Positions 35,097-44,108 of a DNA stretch of 64,000 nucleotides are shown one piece after another. A program made the position numbers and the translations under genes. The notes beneath the pieces are model-generated. The model was not told the origin of the DNA and made no database searches. It saw only the letters and a program-made list of their open reading frames with translations. Every line of letters begins with the position of its first letter. Within the stretch, counting starts at the first letter, position 1. Origin of the DNA: an uncultured Chloroflexia bacterium (GTDB lineage Bacteria > Chloroflexota > Dormibacteria > CF-121); assembly GCA_963795805.1 (NCBI GenBank), contig CAWCIV010000004.1, positions 195,126 through 259,125 on the forward strand, written 5' to 3'.

Positions 35097-35546
35097 CTAG
35101 CGCGGCCGCGCGGAAACCGCCTGGGCAGGCTCGAACGGTTTTCCCGAGCCGGTCGTGCAGTAGAGGCGCAGGCTCTCCAGGTAGTACGCCCAGTTGAAGT
35201 TGTAGATGCCGTATTGATCGTCGTCCAGTTCTTTCGAATACTCCTGGCGGAACCGCAGGCGTGAGCCTGCCTCCTGGGTAACGACCTCGAACCGGAAGGT
35301 GTTGCCGGTCCAGGGCTCGTGCCCGCCGACGCATTCCCAGGCCACCAGGCGAGGCGACTCGAGCTGCGTGATCTTCATCTGCGGGCCGAACCCCTCCATG
35401 AAGGTGAAGGCGACCACGCTCTGGATACGCTCCTCGGCCTTGACCTGCGTCGTCCACCACCTGGACAATCCCTCTTGAGTTGCGATCGCCTTGTAGACCC
35501 TCTCCGGGTTGGCCTGGATGTCGACGGTGTGAATGATGGTTTTCAT
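35097..35546 (-). CDS. SRPBCC protein, AHSA1 (activator of Hsp90 ATPase homologue 1-like) family
   Basis: MKTIIHTVDIQANPERVYKAIATQEGLSRWWTT.. 149 aa. Confidence 0.75.
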   Translation of the reverse strand: MKTIIHTVDIQANPERVYKAIATQEGLSRWWTTQVKAEERIQSVVAFTFMEGFGPQMKITQLESPRLVAWECVGGHEPWTGNTFRFEVVTQEAGSRLRFRQEYSKELDDDQYGIYNFNWAYYLESLRLYCTTGSGKPFEPAQAVSARPR

Positions 35547-35604
35547 CGTTCCCTCCTAAAGCCACGACTTAATTTAGAATGAGCTTAAATAAGGTGGCCT
35601 GAAA

Positions 35605-35958
35605 ATGCAATCTCTATCTCGAATCAGCCCGCCGACGCTCGATACCGCCCTCGCCGTTCTGTCCAATCCGAGGCGGCGCGACATCCTCCAGTTGATCTGG
35701 ACCGAGGAGCGTTCGGCGGGTGACATCGCGGCCGCATTCGAAGTCACCTGGCCGGCGACCTCCCAGAATCTGCGGCTGCTGAAGGCGTCCGGTCTCGTGA
35801 CGGAGCGGCGGCTCGGGACCCGCCGCCTGTATTCGGCCAACCGCGAGGCGCTCGGCCCACTCGAGGGCGTCCTGACCCAGATGTGGCAGCGAGACCTGAC
35901 GCGGCTCAAGCGGGCGGCGGAACGCGAGGTAAGGGGCAGGACACGGACCCGTGGGTGA
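35605..35958 (+). CDS. ArsR/SmtB-family transcriptional regulator
   Basis: ..LAVLSNPRRRDILQLIWTEERSAGDIAAAFEVTWPATSQNLRLLKASGLV. An AT-rich divergent promoter region lies at 35547-35604. Confidence 0.85.
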   Translation: MQSLSRISPPTLDTALAVLSNPRRRDILQLIWTEERSAGDIAAAFEVTWPATSQNLRLLKASGLVTERRLGTRRLYSANREALGPLEGVLTQMWQRDLTRLKRAAEREVRGRTRTRG

Positions 35959-36364
35959 GCCGCGATTCCAACTGGAAGTCGTCGAGAGGGTGCGAGCTTC
36001 GCGGGAGGTGGTGTTCTCGTATTTCACGGATGCGGCTCGGATGGGGCTCTGGATCGGTGGCCGGGCTACCCTCGATGCCAGGCCTGGTGGTCGCTATCGG
36101 ATCGAGATGACCGACGGCCCGACGGCGGCCGGCGAATATCGGGAGATCGACCCGCCGCGGCGGCTCGTCCTTACCTGGGGGATGGAAGGGAGTTCATCAA
36201 TGCCGGCTGGGTCGACCTCCGTGGAAATCACGCTGACGCAGACGGGCGACATCACTACGGTTCGTCTCCGCCATCTCGACCTGCCAGATGAGACGGCGCA
36301 GCGGCAACACCGGGAGGGTTGGGTGCAGCGCCTGGTGCAACTGGCCGACCAGACGTTCGGGTAG
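35951..36364 (+). CDS. SRPBCC protein, AHSA1 family
   Basis: ..VRASREVVFSYFTDAARMGLWIG..GGRYRIEM..EIDPPRRLVLTWG. 8-nt overlap with arsR. Confidence 0.75.
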   Translation: MGEPRFQLEVVERVRASREVVFSYFTDAARMGLWIGGRATLDARPGGRYRIEMTDGPTAAGEYREIDPPRRLVLTWGMEGSSSMPAGSTSVEITLTQTGDITTVRLRHLDLPDETAQRQHREGWVQRLVQLADQTFG

Positions 36365-36386
36365 CATAGGGTCGGGAGGGGATTCC

Positions 36387-37385
36387 ATGATCGGAAAACG
36401 GTTGCTCTTATCCGTATCGGTGGTCGCCGCACTGCTGCTCTCGGCCTGTGGCGGCAGCAACAACGCGAGCGGTAGCACCAAATACAGCGGAACGATTCAT
36501 ATCGCCTCATCGACCTGGACTGGCTATGCCCTCATCTATCTGGCGAATTCCAAGGGTATCTGGAAGCAGCACGGGCTTGACGTCAACTTCAAGGACGTCG
36601 AAGACCCGAATGACCGCTTTATCGCGCTGGCAGCGGGACGGCTGGAAGGCATGGCGTCCACGGTCGACGCGTTTGCCCGGCAACAGTCGAACGGCGTCGC
36701 GGCCGTCGAGGTGTTTCCCATCGACGCCTCGGTCGGCGGCGACGGGATCCTGGCCAAGAACACGATTCAAACCGTCGCCGATCTCAAGGGCAAGACGGTG
36801 GGCGTCAACCAGGGCTCCGTTTCGGAGTGGTTCCTGGCCCAGGTCCTGGAGAAGAACGGCCTGCACCTGTCCGACGTGAAGGAGCAAAACATGACATCCG
36901 GAGCCGCCGGAGCGGCGTTCGTCGCGTCGAAGATCGACGTTGCTGTCACCTGGGAGCCATGGCTCAGCAAGGCCAAGGCGCGGACGGACGGTCACGTGTT
37001 GGTGTCGTCGGCCAAGTACCCGGATCTGATCATGGACAGCTTCGCATTCCGAAAGGACTTCGTCCAGAAGTATCCGGATACCGTCAAAGAGTTCATGAAG
37101 GCGTACTACGACGCCTACAACTGGATGCAGGCAAACAAGACTGAGGCACTCAACATAATCGGGACTGCGGTCCAGGAGACGCCGGCTGACGTCACCGCCG
37201 ACCTTTCCACGATGACGCTCTTTGATCTGGCCAAAGGCAAGACGGTGATCGGCACCAGCAGCAGTCATGGCTCAATCTACGACGTCGTCAAGGCGGCGGC
37301 CGATTTCTGGAAGGCCCAGGGCAAGATCGACAACGCCGTAAATCCCAGCGACGCGGTCGATCCCAGCTTTATCAACAGCTTGTAA
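36387..37385 (+). CDS. ABC transporter substrate-binding lipoprotein (NitT/TauT, NMT1/SsuA-like)
   Basis: MIGKRLLLSVSVVAALLLSACGG lipobox. ..IHIASSTWTGYALIYLA..GLDVNF. Confidence 0.8.
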   Translation: MIGKRLLLSVSVVAALLLSACGGSNNASGSTKYSGTIHIASSTWTGYALIYLANSKGIWKQHGLDVNFKDVEDPNDRFIALAAGRLEGMASTVDAFARQQSNGVAAVEVFPIDASVGGDGILAKNTIQTVADLKGKTVGVNQGSVSEWFLAQVLEKNGLHLSDVKEQNMTSGAAGAAFVASKIDVAVTWEPWLSKAKARTDGHVLVSSAKYPDLIMDSFAFRKDFVQKYPDTVKEFMKAYYDAYNWMQANKTEALNIIGTAVQETPADVTADLSTMTLFDLAKGKTVIGTSSSHGSIYDVVKAAADFWKAQGKIDNAVNPSDAVDPSFINSL

Positions 37386-37391
37386 GGACTC

Positions 37392-38258
37392 GTGAGCGAA
37401 CGGGTCCCCACGACCCAGGCGGCGCCGGCGAATCCTGCGAGGGCGAAGCGCCGGCGCCGCGGCTTGCTTCGGACCTACCTCACGCCGAAGCAGGCGATTC
37501 CACGGGCGGCCGTCATTACGCTGGGCATTGGCAGTTTTGTCGTCATCCTTGCGGTCTGGAGCCGTGCCTCGCTCGAGATCAACAATTCATTGTTTGCCCC
37601 GAGCCCCCTGCGGGTCTGGACGGCCTGGATCGATATGTTCCAACATCGGAACTTTCTGTCCGATGTCGGGTGGAGCACCTTCCGAATCGTCGTCGGCTTT
37701 CTGATCGCCGCGGTCATGGCGGTGCCCCTCGGTCTGCTGATGGGCTCGTTCGAGGTCGTCCGATCGTTCTTTCAGCCGCCGGTCAACTTCATCCGGTACA
37801 TGCCGGCCTCCGCGTTCATCCCATTGCTGATCCTGCTGATCGGACTCGATGAGAACGAGAAGCTCATCATCATCTGGATTGGGGTCTTCTTCCAACTCAC
37901 CCTGATGGTGATGGACATCGCGCACCGGGTTCCTGACGAGATGCTCAATGTCGCCTACACGCTGGGGGCCTCACGCCTGAAGGTCTTCTACAAAGTGTTC
38001 CTGCCCGCCACCTTCCCCGAAGTCGTCGATGCGCTGCGGATCACGATGGGCTGGGCCTGGACCTATCTGATCGTCGCCGAAATCGTGGCGGCCGAGCGTG
38101 GGATCGGTAGCTTCATTCTGATCTCAGAGCGATTTCTGCGATCGGATCGCATCATCGCCGCGATTATCACGATCGGGATCCTCGGCCTGATCACCGACAC
38201 GATCTTTGGCCTGGTCCATCGCTGGGCGTTCCCCTATGTGGAAAAGGTGCATGCATGA
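37392..38258 (+). CDS. ABC transporter permease (NitT/TauT family)
   Basis: 288 aa with about 6 TM segments. EAA-like ..AYTLGASRLKVFYKVFLPATFPE. Confidence 0.85.
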   Translation: MSERVPTTQAAPANPARAKRRRRGLLRTYLTPKQAIPRAAVITLGIGSFVVILAVWSRASLEINNSLFAPSPLRVWTAWIDMFQHRNFLSDVGWSTFRIVVGFLIAAVMAVPLGLLMGSFEVVRSFFQPPVNFIRYMPASAFIPLLILLIGLDENEKLIIIWIGVFFQLTLMVMDIAHRVPDEMLNVAYTLGASRLKVFYKVFLPATFPEVVDALRITMGWAWTYLIVAEIVAAERGIGSFILISERFLRSDRIIAAIITIGILGLITDTIFGLVHRWAFPYVEKVHA

Positions 38259-39046
38259 GCGAGATCCGATTTGTCGATGTCGCCATGCGCTACCGCACGC
38301 GGCGAGGCGACGTCCGGGCGTTGCAGCAGATCTCGCTGACCGTGCCGGATGGACAGTTCGCCTGCATCGTCGGCCCGTCAGGCTGCGGCAAATCAACGCT
38401 GCTGAGCGTCGCCGCCGGCCTGGTCTCGCCCAGCGAAGGCGACGTCCTGGTCGGTGGCAAGCCGGCCTATTCGCCCGGTTCAGATCGCGGCATGGTGTTC
38501 CAGTCCTACTCCCTGTATCCGTGGCTCTCGGTCCGGCGCAACATCGAGTTCGGGCTCGAGATCAAGCGCGTGCCCAAGCCCGAACGGAAGCGGCAATCGA
38601 CTGAATTGATTCACCTGATGAAGCTGGACGGCTTCGCGGAGGCCTATCCGAAGGCCCTGTCGGGCGGCATGAAGCAACGGGTGGCGATCGCTCGGGCGCT
38701 GGCGAACGATCCCGACGTGTTGCTGATGGACGAGCCGTTTGGTGCCCTCGACGCCTTGACGCGCCAGATCATGCAGGAGATGCTGACTGACCTCTGGCAG
38801 CGCTATCGGAAGACGGTACTGTTCGTGACCCATGACATCGATGAGGCCATCTTCCTCGGGGACGTGATCTACATCATGACGAACCGGCCCGGGCGGATCC
38901 GCACGACGCTGACCGTCGATCTGCCGCGGCCGCGGACCTTCGACATGGTCAGCAGCACGCGGTTTACGGAGTTGCGCAACCAGGTGGTGGGCGTCATCCA
39001 CGAAGAGAGCATGAAGGCGATCGAGTCGGAGCTGGCTCGTGCCTGA
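38255..39046 (+). CDS. ABC transporter ATP-binding protein
   Basis: Walker A GPSGCGKST, signature LSGGMKQR, Walker B LLMDEPFGALD. ATGA overlap with the permease gene. Confidence 0.9.
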   Translation: MSEIRFVDVAMRYRTRRGDVRALQQISLTVPDGQFACIVGPSGCGKSTLLSVAAGLVSPSEGDVLVGGKPAYSPGSDRGMVFQSYSLYPWLSVRRNIEFGLEIKRVPKPERKRQSTELIHLMKLDGFAEAYPKALSGGMKQRVAIARALANDPDVLLMDEPFGALDALTRQIMQEMLTDLWQRYRKTVLFVTHDIDEAIFLGDVIYIMTNRPGRIRTTLTVDLPRPRTFDMVSSTRFTELRNQVVGVIHEESMKAIESELARA

Positions 39047-39066
39047 AATACCGGCCGGTCGACGCG

Positions 39067-39996
39067 ATGAAGGCGCCCCGATTCACCGGGATCGCCAGCT
39101 TCATGCGGCTCCCCCAGGTCTCGGATATGGATGGCGTTGACGCCGCGATCGTCGGAATCCCTTTCGATACCGGGGTGAGCTACCGGATCGGCGGCCGATT
39201 CGGCCCGGCAGCGATTCGGGAAGCCTCCCGGCTGCTGCGTCCGTACCACGTCGAGCAGGCGATCGAGATCTTCGATCATCTCTCCGTGGTCGACAGCGGC
39301 GACCTCTCGGTGGTCCCGGGAAACATCCAGGCCAGCTACCAGGTCATGGTCGATGGCCTGCGACCCATCCTCGACGCCGGCGTCGTCCCGCTGGCTATCG
39401 GAGGCGATCATGCCATTACGTTGGGTGAGTTGCGGGCGATTGCCAAACGCCACGGCCCGGTCGGATTGATCGACTTCGACTCACACACCGATACCTGGGA
39501 CAACTACTGGGGCGAGCGCTACACCCACGGCACCTGGTGCAAGCGCGCCATCGAGGAAGGTCTGATCGATACGAAGCGCGCCGTGCAGCTCGGCATTCGC
39601 GGCTCGCTCTACGGTTCGGAGGACCGCGGCGGCGCCCGCGCGCTTGGACTGCACCTGATCCCAACCGAGGAGCTGCTGGCACGCGGGGTCGATGACGTCC
39701 TCCCTGAAGTGCGCGACCGGGTTGGCAGCGGGCCGGTATTTCTGACCTTCGATATCGACTTCGTGGACCCCGGCTTCGCACCCGGGACGGGCACCCCCGA
39801 AGTCGGTGGGCCGACCAGTCGTGACGCCCTGCGCCTGGTTCGTGGTCTGCGCGACATCCAGTTCGTCGGCTTCGACCTGGTCGAGGTCCAGCCGCAGTAC
39901 GACGCCGGCGAGGTGACCTCGCTGCTCGCCGGGACGCTCCTCCACGAATTCCTCGCGTTGCTCGCGCTCAATATGGCGAAAGGAGAACGATCGTGA
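39067..39996 (+). CDS. Ureohydrolase of the agmatinase / guanidinobutyrase family
   Basis: ..IVGIPFDTG..GGDHAIT..DFDSHTDT..LTFDIDFVDP..GTPEVGG. 309 aa. Confidence 0.85.
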   Translation: MKAPRFTGIASFMRLPQVSDMDGVDAAIVGIPFDTGVSYRIGGRFGPAAIREASRLLRPYHVEQAIEIFDHLSVVDSGDLSVVPGNIQASYQVMVDGLRPILDAGVVPLAIGGDHAITLGELRAIAKRHGPVGLIDFDSHTDTWDNYWGERYTHGTWCKRAIEEGLIDTKRAVQLGIRGSLYGSEDRGGARALGLHLIPTEELLARGVDDVLPEVRDRVGSGPVFLTFDIDFVDPGFAPGTGTPEVGGPTSRDALRLVRGLRDIQFVGFDLVEVQPQYDAGEVTSLLAGTLLHEFLALLALNMAKGERS

Positions 39997-40392
39997 CGCT
40001 CGAACATCTCACGCCCCGGAATCTCTTCAAGCCTGCCGTCTTCACGCAGGTCGTTGTCGCAACGGGAAAGCGGATCGTGTTCGTCTCCGGCCAGGTATCC
40101 ATGGACGTGGATGGCAATCTCGTGGCTGAGGGCGACCTTGCCGGCCAGGCGAAGCAGGTCTACGCAAACCTGAAGGCAGCCCTCGAGGGCGCCGGCGCCA
40201 GGCCGTCCGATGTCGCCAAGCTGACCACCTACGTCGTCGGCTACCGTCCAGACCTCCTCCCGGTCATGGGCGCGGCGCGGACGGCACGTCCTGGGCACCG
40301 CCGACCTCCCGGCATCCACCCTCGTCGGCGTCCAGGCGCTGGCGCAGCCCGGCTACCTGATCGAGGTCGAAGCGATCGCCGTCATCGACTGA
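39993..40392 (+). pseudogene. RidA/YjgF-family protein. Frame shifts near 40287.
   Basis: GTGA overlap with the upstream gene. ..VFVSGQVSMDVDGNLVAEGDLAGQAKQVYANLKAALEGAG..KLTTYVV.., then the frame degenerates into an Arg/Pro-rich tail. The +1 frame reads VLGTADLPASTLVGVQALAQPGYLIEVEAIAVID*, the canonical RidA C-terminus. Confidence 0.75.
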
Positions 40393-40419
40393 GCCGGTGA
40401 CGCCTCACCGCGATCGCGC

Positions 40420-40456
40420 TTGACGGTAGACCTGGCGTCGTGTGATACTCAGTATC
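40420..40456 (+). promoter_or_regulatory. znuA promoter (TTGACG-18-GATACT) overlapped by the perfect palindrome GATACT-C-AGTATC, a putative Zur box
   Basis: -35 at 40420-40425. The -10 (GATACT, 40444-40449) is the left arm of the 13-bp palindrome at 40444-40456, which ends 2 nt before the proposed GTG start. The zur gene is in the same cluster. Confidence 0.55.
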
Positions 40457-40458
40457 AA

Positions 40459-41371
40459 GTGACGGTGACTATCACACCCTGGCAACGCGCGGCGATCGTC
40501 GCTCTTGTCGGCGCCAGCGTGTTGCTGGCCGCCTGTGGCGCTCCTGCGGCATCTGCCGGCTCCGGCCGGACGCTGCAGATCGTCGCGGGCCAGAATTTCT
40601 GGGGAAGCATCGCTGCCCAATTGGGTGGCAACCACGCCTCGGTGACCAGTATCGTCACCAACCCGAACACCGACCCCCACGTGTACGAGAGCAGCACCAG
40701 GGACGCGCGGGCGTTCGCGACCGCCGACTACGTCATTCTCAATGGCGCCGGCTACGACGACTGGGGCAGCAAGCTCCTTGCCGCGAAACCCGAGCCAGAC
40801 CCGGAAAACCATGACAGTGGCGGAACTGCTCCACAAGAAGGCAGGGGACAACCCCCACTTCTGGTACAACCCCGACTGGGTGGAGCAGGTTGCCGACCGG
40901 ATCACCGCGGACTACAAGGCGATCGACCCGGCGGATGCCGGCTATTTCGACCAGCAACGGGCAGCGTTCCGCGCCGCCCTGCAGCCGTACCACGATCGGA
41001 TCGCCAAGATCCGCTCGTCGTTCACCGGCGTCCCGGTTGGTTCGACGGAAAGCATCTTCGTCTACCTGGCCCAGGCGCTTGGTCTCAACCTGGTATCCCC
41101 GCCCGAATTCATGCAGGCGGTGGCGGAAGGGAATGATCCGCCGGCCCAGACGGTTGGTGCGTTTCACGACCAACTCGCAAACAGGCAGGTCAAGATCCTC
41201 GTCTACAACGTCCAGACGTCCACCAACATCACCGACGACCTGAAGCGGCTCGCCGTGGCGAACAGTATTCCGGTGGTCGGGGTGTCGGAGACGCTGCAGC
41301 CGGGTAGCGCCAGCTTCCAGGACTGGCAGGATGCCCAACTCATCCAGTTGCAGAACGCCCTCACACACTAG
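40459..41371 (+). pseudogene. znuA: Metal (Zn/Mn) ABC transporter substrate-binding lipoprotein, ZnuA/TroA family. Frame shifts near 40800.
   Basis: Frame 1: ..ALVGASVLLAACG..LQIVAGQNFWGSIAAQLGG..TDPHVYESS..ADYVILNGAGYDDW..LLAAKPEPD, then nonsense. Frame 2 from about 40802: RKTMTVAELLHKKAGDNPHFWYNPDWV....VKILVYNVQTS...IPVVGVSETL to the stop at 41371. Confidence 0.78.
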
Positions 41372-41378
41372 AAGCGAG

Positions 41379-42188
41379 ATGGCGTCCTCCTCCACAGACG
41401 GCCCCGTCATCGTCGCCGATCACGTCTCGACGGCCTATGGCGGTCGGCTGGTCTGGCAGGACGCCAGCTTCACCGCTGAGCCGGGTGAATTCATCGTCGT
41501 CCTCGGTCCCAATGGCAGCGGGAAGTCGACGCTCTTCCGCCTGTTGCTGGGGCTGCTCGAGCCGGTCTCCGGCACGCTCCAGGTCCTTGGCCGGCGTCCG
41601 CACCGGGGCAACCCGGACATTGGCTATGTCCCGCAACGCCGGAACATCGATAAAGACCTGCATGTACGCGGACGCGATTTTGTTGAGCTGGGCATCGATG
41701 GGACGCGCTGGGGTATCGCCCTCGCCAACGCCGAAGACAAACACCGGCGGGTTGAGATGGCGATTGCGTCAGTGCAGGGCGAGGCCTATGCCGATCGCCC
41801 CATCGGCCGCCTCTCAGGCGGGGAACAACAGCGGTTGCTCCTCGCCCAGGCGCTCGCCGGCAGGCCCAGGATGCTCCTGCTCGATGAGCCGCTGGCCAGT
41901 CTTGACCTTCGCAACCAGGTCGTCATCGCCGAGCTGGTTGCCGAACTCGCGCGCGCGAACGGCCTCACCGTCCTGCTGATCGCCCACGACATCAACCCCC
42001 TGCTGCCGATCGTCGACCGCGTCCTCTACGTGGCGCACGGCGGGGTGGCCATCGGCAAGCCTGATGCGGTCATCACCTCCGAGCAGCTGAGCCGGCTCTA
42101 CAGCGCACCGGTCGAAGTCCTCCGCGATAGCCACGGCCACATGTTCGTGGTCGGGATTGAAGCCGAGAGCGCTCATCATGATGGCTGA
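41379..42188 (+). CDS. znuC: Metal ABC transporter ATP-binding protein
   Basis: GPNGSGKSTLF, LSGGEQQR, LLLDEPLASLD. 269 aa from the ATG at 41379. Confidence 0.88.
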   Translation: MASSSTDGPVIVADHVSTAYGGRLVWQDASFTAEPGEFIVVLGPNGSGKSTLFRLLLGLLEPVSGTLQVLGRRPHRGNPDIGYVPQRRNIDKDLHVRGRDFVELGIDGTRWGIALANAEDKHRRVEMAIASVQGEAYADRPIGRLSGGEQQRLLLAQALAGRPRMLLLDEPLASLDLRNQVVIAELVAELARANGLTVLLIAHDINPLLPIVDRVLYVAHGGVAIGKPDAVITSEQLSRLYSAPVEVLRDSHGHMFVVGIEAESAHHDG

Positions 42189-43106
42189 ATCGGCGCTGGC
42201 TGCGATCGGGGCGGTGGCGCCGTACTTTGGCTGGGACCTGCTGCGCGACGTCCAGGAGCTGTTCCGCTACGGCTTCATGCAGCACGCCTTCGAGGCGGGA
42301 ACGATCGTCGCCGTCGTCGCCGGGATCATCGGGTACTTCGTGGTCCTCCGCGGGCTGTCCTTCGCCGCCCATGGCCTCTCGCACATCGGTTTTGCGGGCG
42401 CCACCGGCGCCGCCGTGCTCGGACTCGCTCCGATCGTCGGCCTGCTCGCGTTCACGATGTCCGCCGGCGCGGTGATGGGCGCGCTCGGCCAGCGACTCCG
42501 AGGCCGCGACGTGACGATCGGGCTGGTCATGGCGTGGTCGCTGGGCCTGGGGCTGTTGTTCACCGCGCTCTACCAGGGATCGGCGCAGCTTGCCATCGGC
42601 ATCCTGTTCGGGCAGATCTTCGGCATCACGGTTCAAGAGGTCCTGGTCACCCTGATCGCGGGAGTGCTCACGCTCTCGGGGTTGATCATCGTCTACCGCC
42701 CATTGCTTTTCGCGACGCTCGATGAAGAAGTCGCCGAGGCCAAGGGTGTCCCCATCTTCGGCCTCTCGATTGTGTTCATGGTGATCCTCGCGGTGGCGGT
42801 CTCCGAGGCGGTTCAGGCGGTGGGCGTGTTGCTGATCTTTGCCTTGATCGTGGCGCCTGCCGCGATTGCGGAGCGCTTCACCACGCGTCCGGGTCGCGGC
42901 CTCCTGCTCTCCGCCCTGCTCGCCGTCCTGTTCACCTGGGCCGGGCTCGTCGTCGCCTATTACGTCCCGTACCCGGTCGGCTTCTTCATCACGACGATCG
43001 CGTTCGGCAGCTACGTCTGGCGCGGGCCGGCAGCGCCCTGGCCGGCCGGGGTGCCACCTTGCGGCCGCGGCCAGACCGCGAGGAGCAGCTGCGACACTCG
43101 CCGTAA
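42157..43106 (+). CDS. znuB: Metal ABC transporter permease (ZnuB-like). The 3' end is unresolved.
   Basis: About 8 TM segments, ..LDEEVAEAKGVPI.. The in-frame ORF runs on to 43446 as an Arg/Pro-rich tail antisense to zur, which is implausible. A shifted frame from about 43011 ends at TAA 43104-43106. The end coordinate given here is only a guess. Confidence 0.7.
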
Positions 43107-43501
43107 AAGTCGAGCGTGGCGTGGTCGACCCGGAACCCCCGTTCCGACGCGATCGTCTCGGCCAGCGGCGCGACGGCTTTTTCGTCCAGCTCCTCCACGG
43201 CACGGCAGGTGGTGCAGATCAGGTGATGGTGATGGCCGGGCTGGCACCAGATGTAGGCCGACACGTGCCCGGGGCGTTCCAACCGCTGGGCCAGGCCGGC
43301 CTCGACCAGCATGTCGACGGAGCGGAAGATCGTGGCGCGGCCGATATAGGGGTGCTTCCGCCGCACCTGCTCGTACAGCTCCTGCACGGTGGCTTCCTTG
43401 CCGGTTCGGGCCAGCGCTTCCGCGATGGCGAGCCGCTGTGGGGTGAGCCGTTGACCGGCGCCCTCGAGCGCCGCCATCGGCCGTGTCTCAGACATACCCA
43501 C
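42989..43501 (-). CDS. zur: Fur-family metalloregulator (probably Zur)
   Basis: ..LTPQRLAIAEALARTGKEATVQELYEQV.., HHHHLICTTC, ..FYGECRSC. It has an unusually long basic C-terminal tail and overlaps the znuB 3' region convergently. Confidence 0.82.
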   Translation of the reverse strand: MGMSETRPMAALEGAGQRLTPQRLAIAEALARTGKEATVQELYEQVRRKHPYIGRATIFRSVDMLVEAGLAQRLERPGHVSAYIWCQPGHHHHLICTTCRAVEELDEKAVAPLAETIASERGFRVDHATLDFYGECRSCSSRSGRGRKVAPRPARALPARARRSCRTRSS

Positions 43502-43535
43502 ATGATACTGCGCGGCGGCGCCTAGAATCGGGCCA

Positions 43536-44096
43536 ATGCCGGCGGAATTCCAGGTCCTGTTTACCGGCTATATCGGCGATCATGTCGCCAGCACCGTCAG
43601 CTTCGTGCGCGATGGCGCGATGCGCGTCATCATCGATCCCGGGATGGTGCCCGGCCCTGGCTCGATCCTGGACCCGCTCCGCGCGCTCGTCAATTCACCG
43701 GACGAGATCACCGACGTGGTCTTCTCGCATCACCATCCTGACCACACGCTCCACGCGGCCCTTTTTCCTCGAGCGCGCTTCCACGACTTCTGGGCGACCT
43801 ACCAGCGTGACACCTGGGACAGTCGCGCGGCGGAGGGGTTCGCCATCAGTCCATCGATCCGGCTGATCGAGACGCCGGGTCATACACCGCAGGACATCAC
43901 CACGCTGGTCACCGCTGCGAGGGGCGTCGTGGCGTTCACGCACCTCTGGTGGTCGGCGGATGGTCCGGCCGAGGATCCCTACGCCACCGATCCTCAACTG
44001 CTCCATCGCAACCGCGCCCGGGTGCTGGAGCTGGCCCAGCTGATCGTGCCGGGGCATGGCGAACCGTTTACGCCGGACGGGCGCACCCCCCTCTAG
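43536..44096 (+). CDS. MBL-fold metallo-hydrolase
   Basis: ..VVFSHHHPDHT.., ..ETPGHTPQD.., ..VPGHG. 186 aa. Confidence 0.78.
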   Translation: MPAEFQVLFTGYIGDHVASTVSFVRDGAMRVIIDPGMVPGPGSILDPLRALVNSPDEITDVVFSHHHPDHTLHAALFPRARFHDFWATYQRDTWDSRAAEGFAISPSIRLIETPGHTPQDITTLVTAARGVVAFTHLWWSADGPAEDPYATDPQLLHRNRARVLELAQLIVPGHGEPFTPDGRTPL

Positions 44097-44108
44097 CTCG
44101 GCAGCCGG

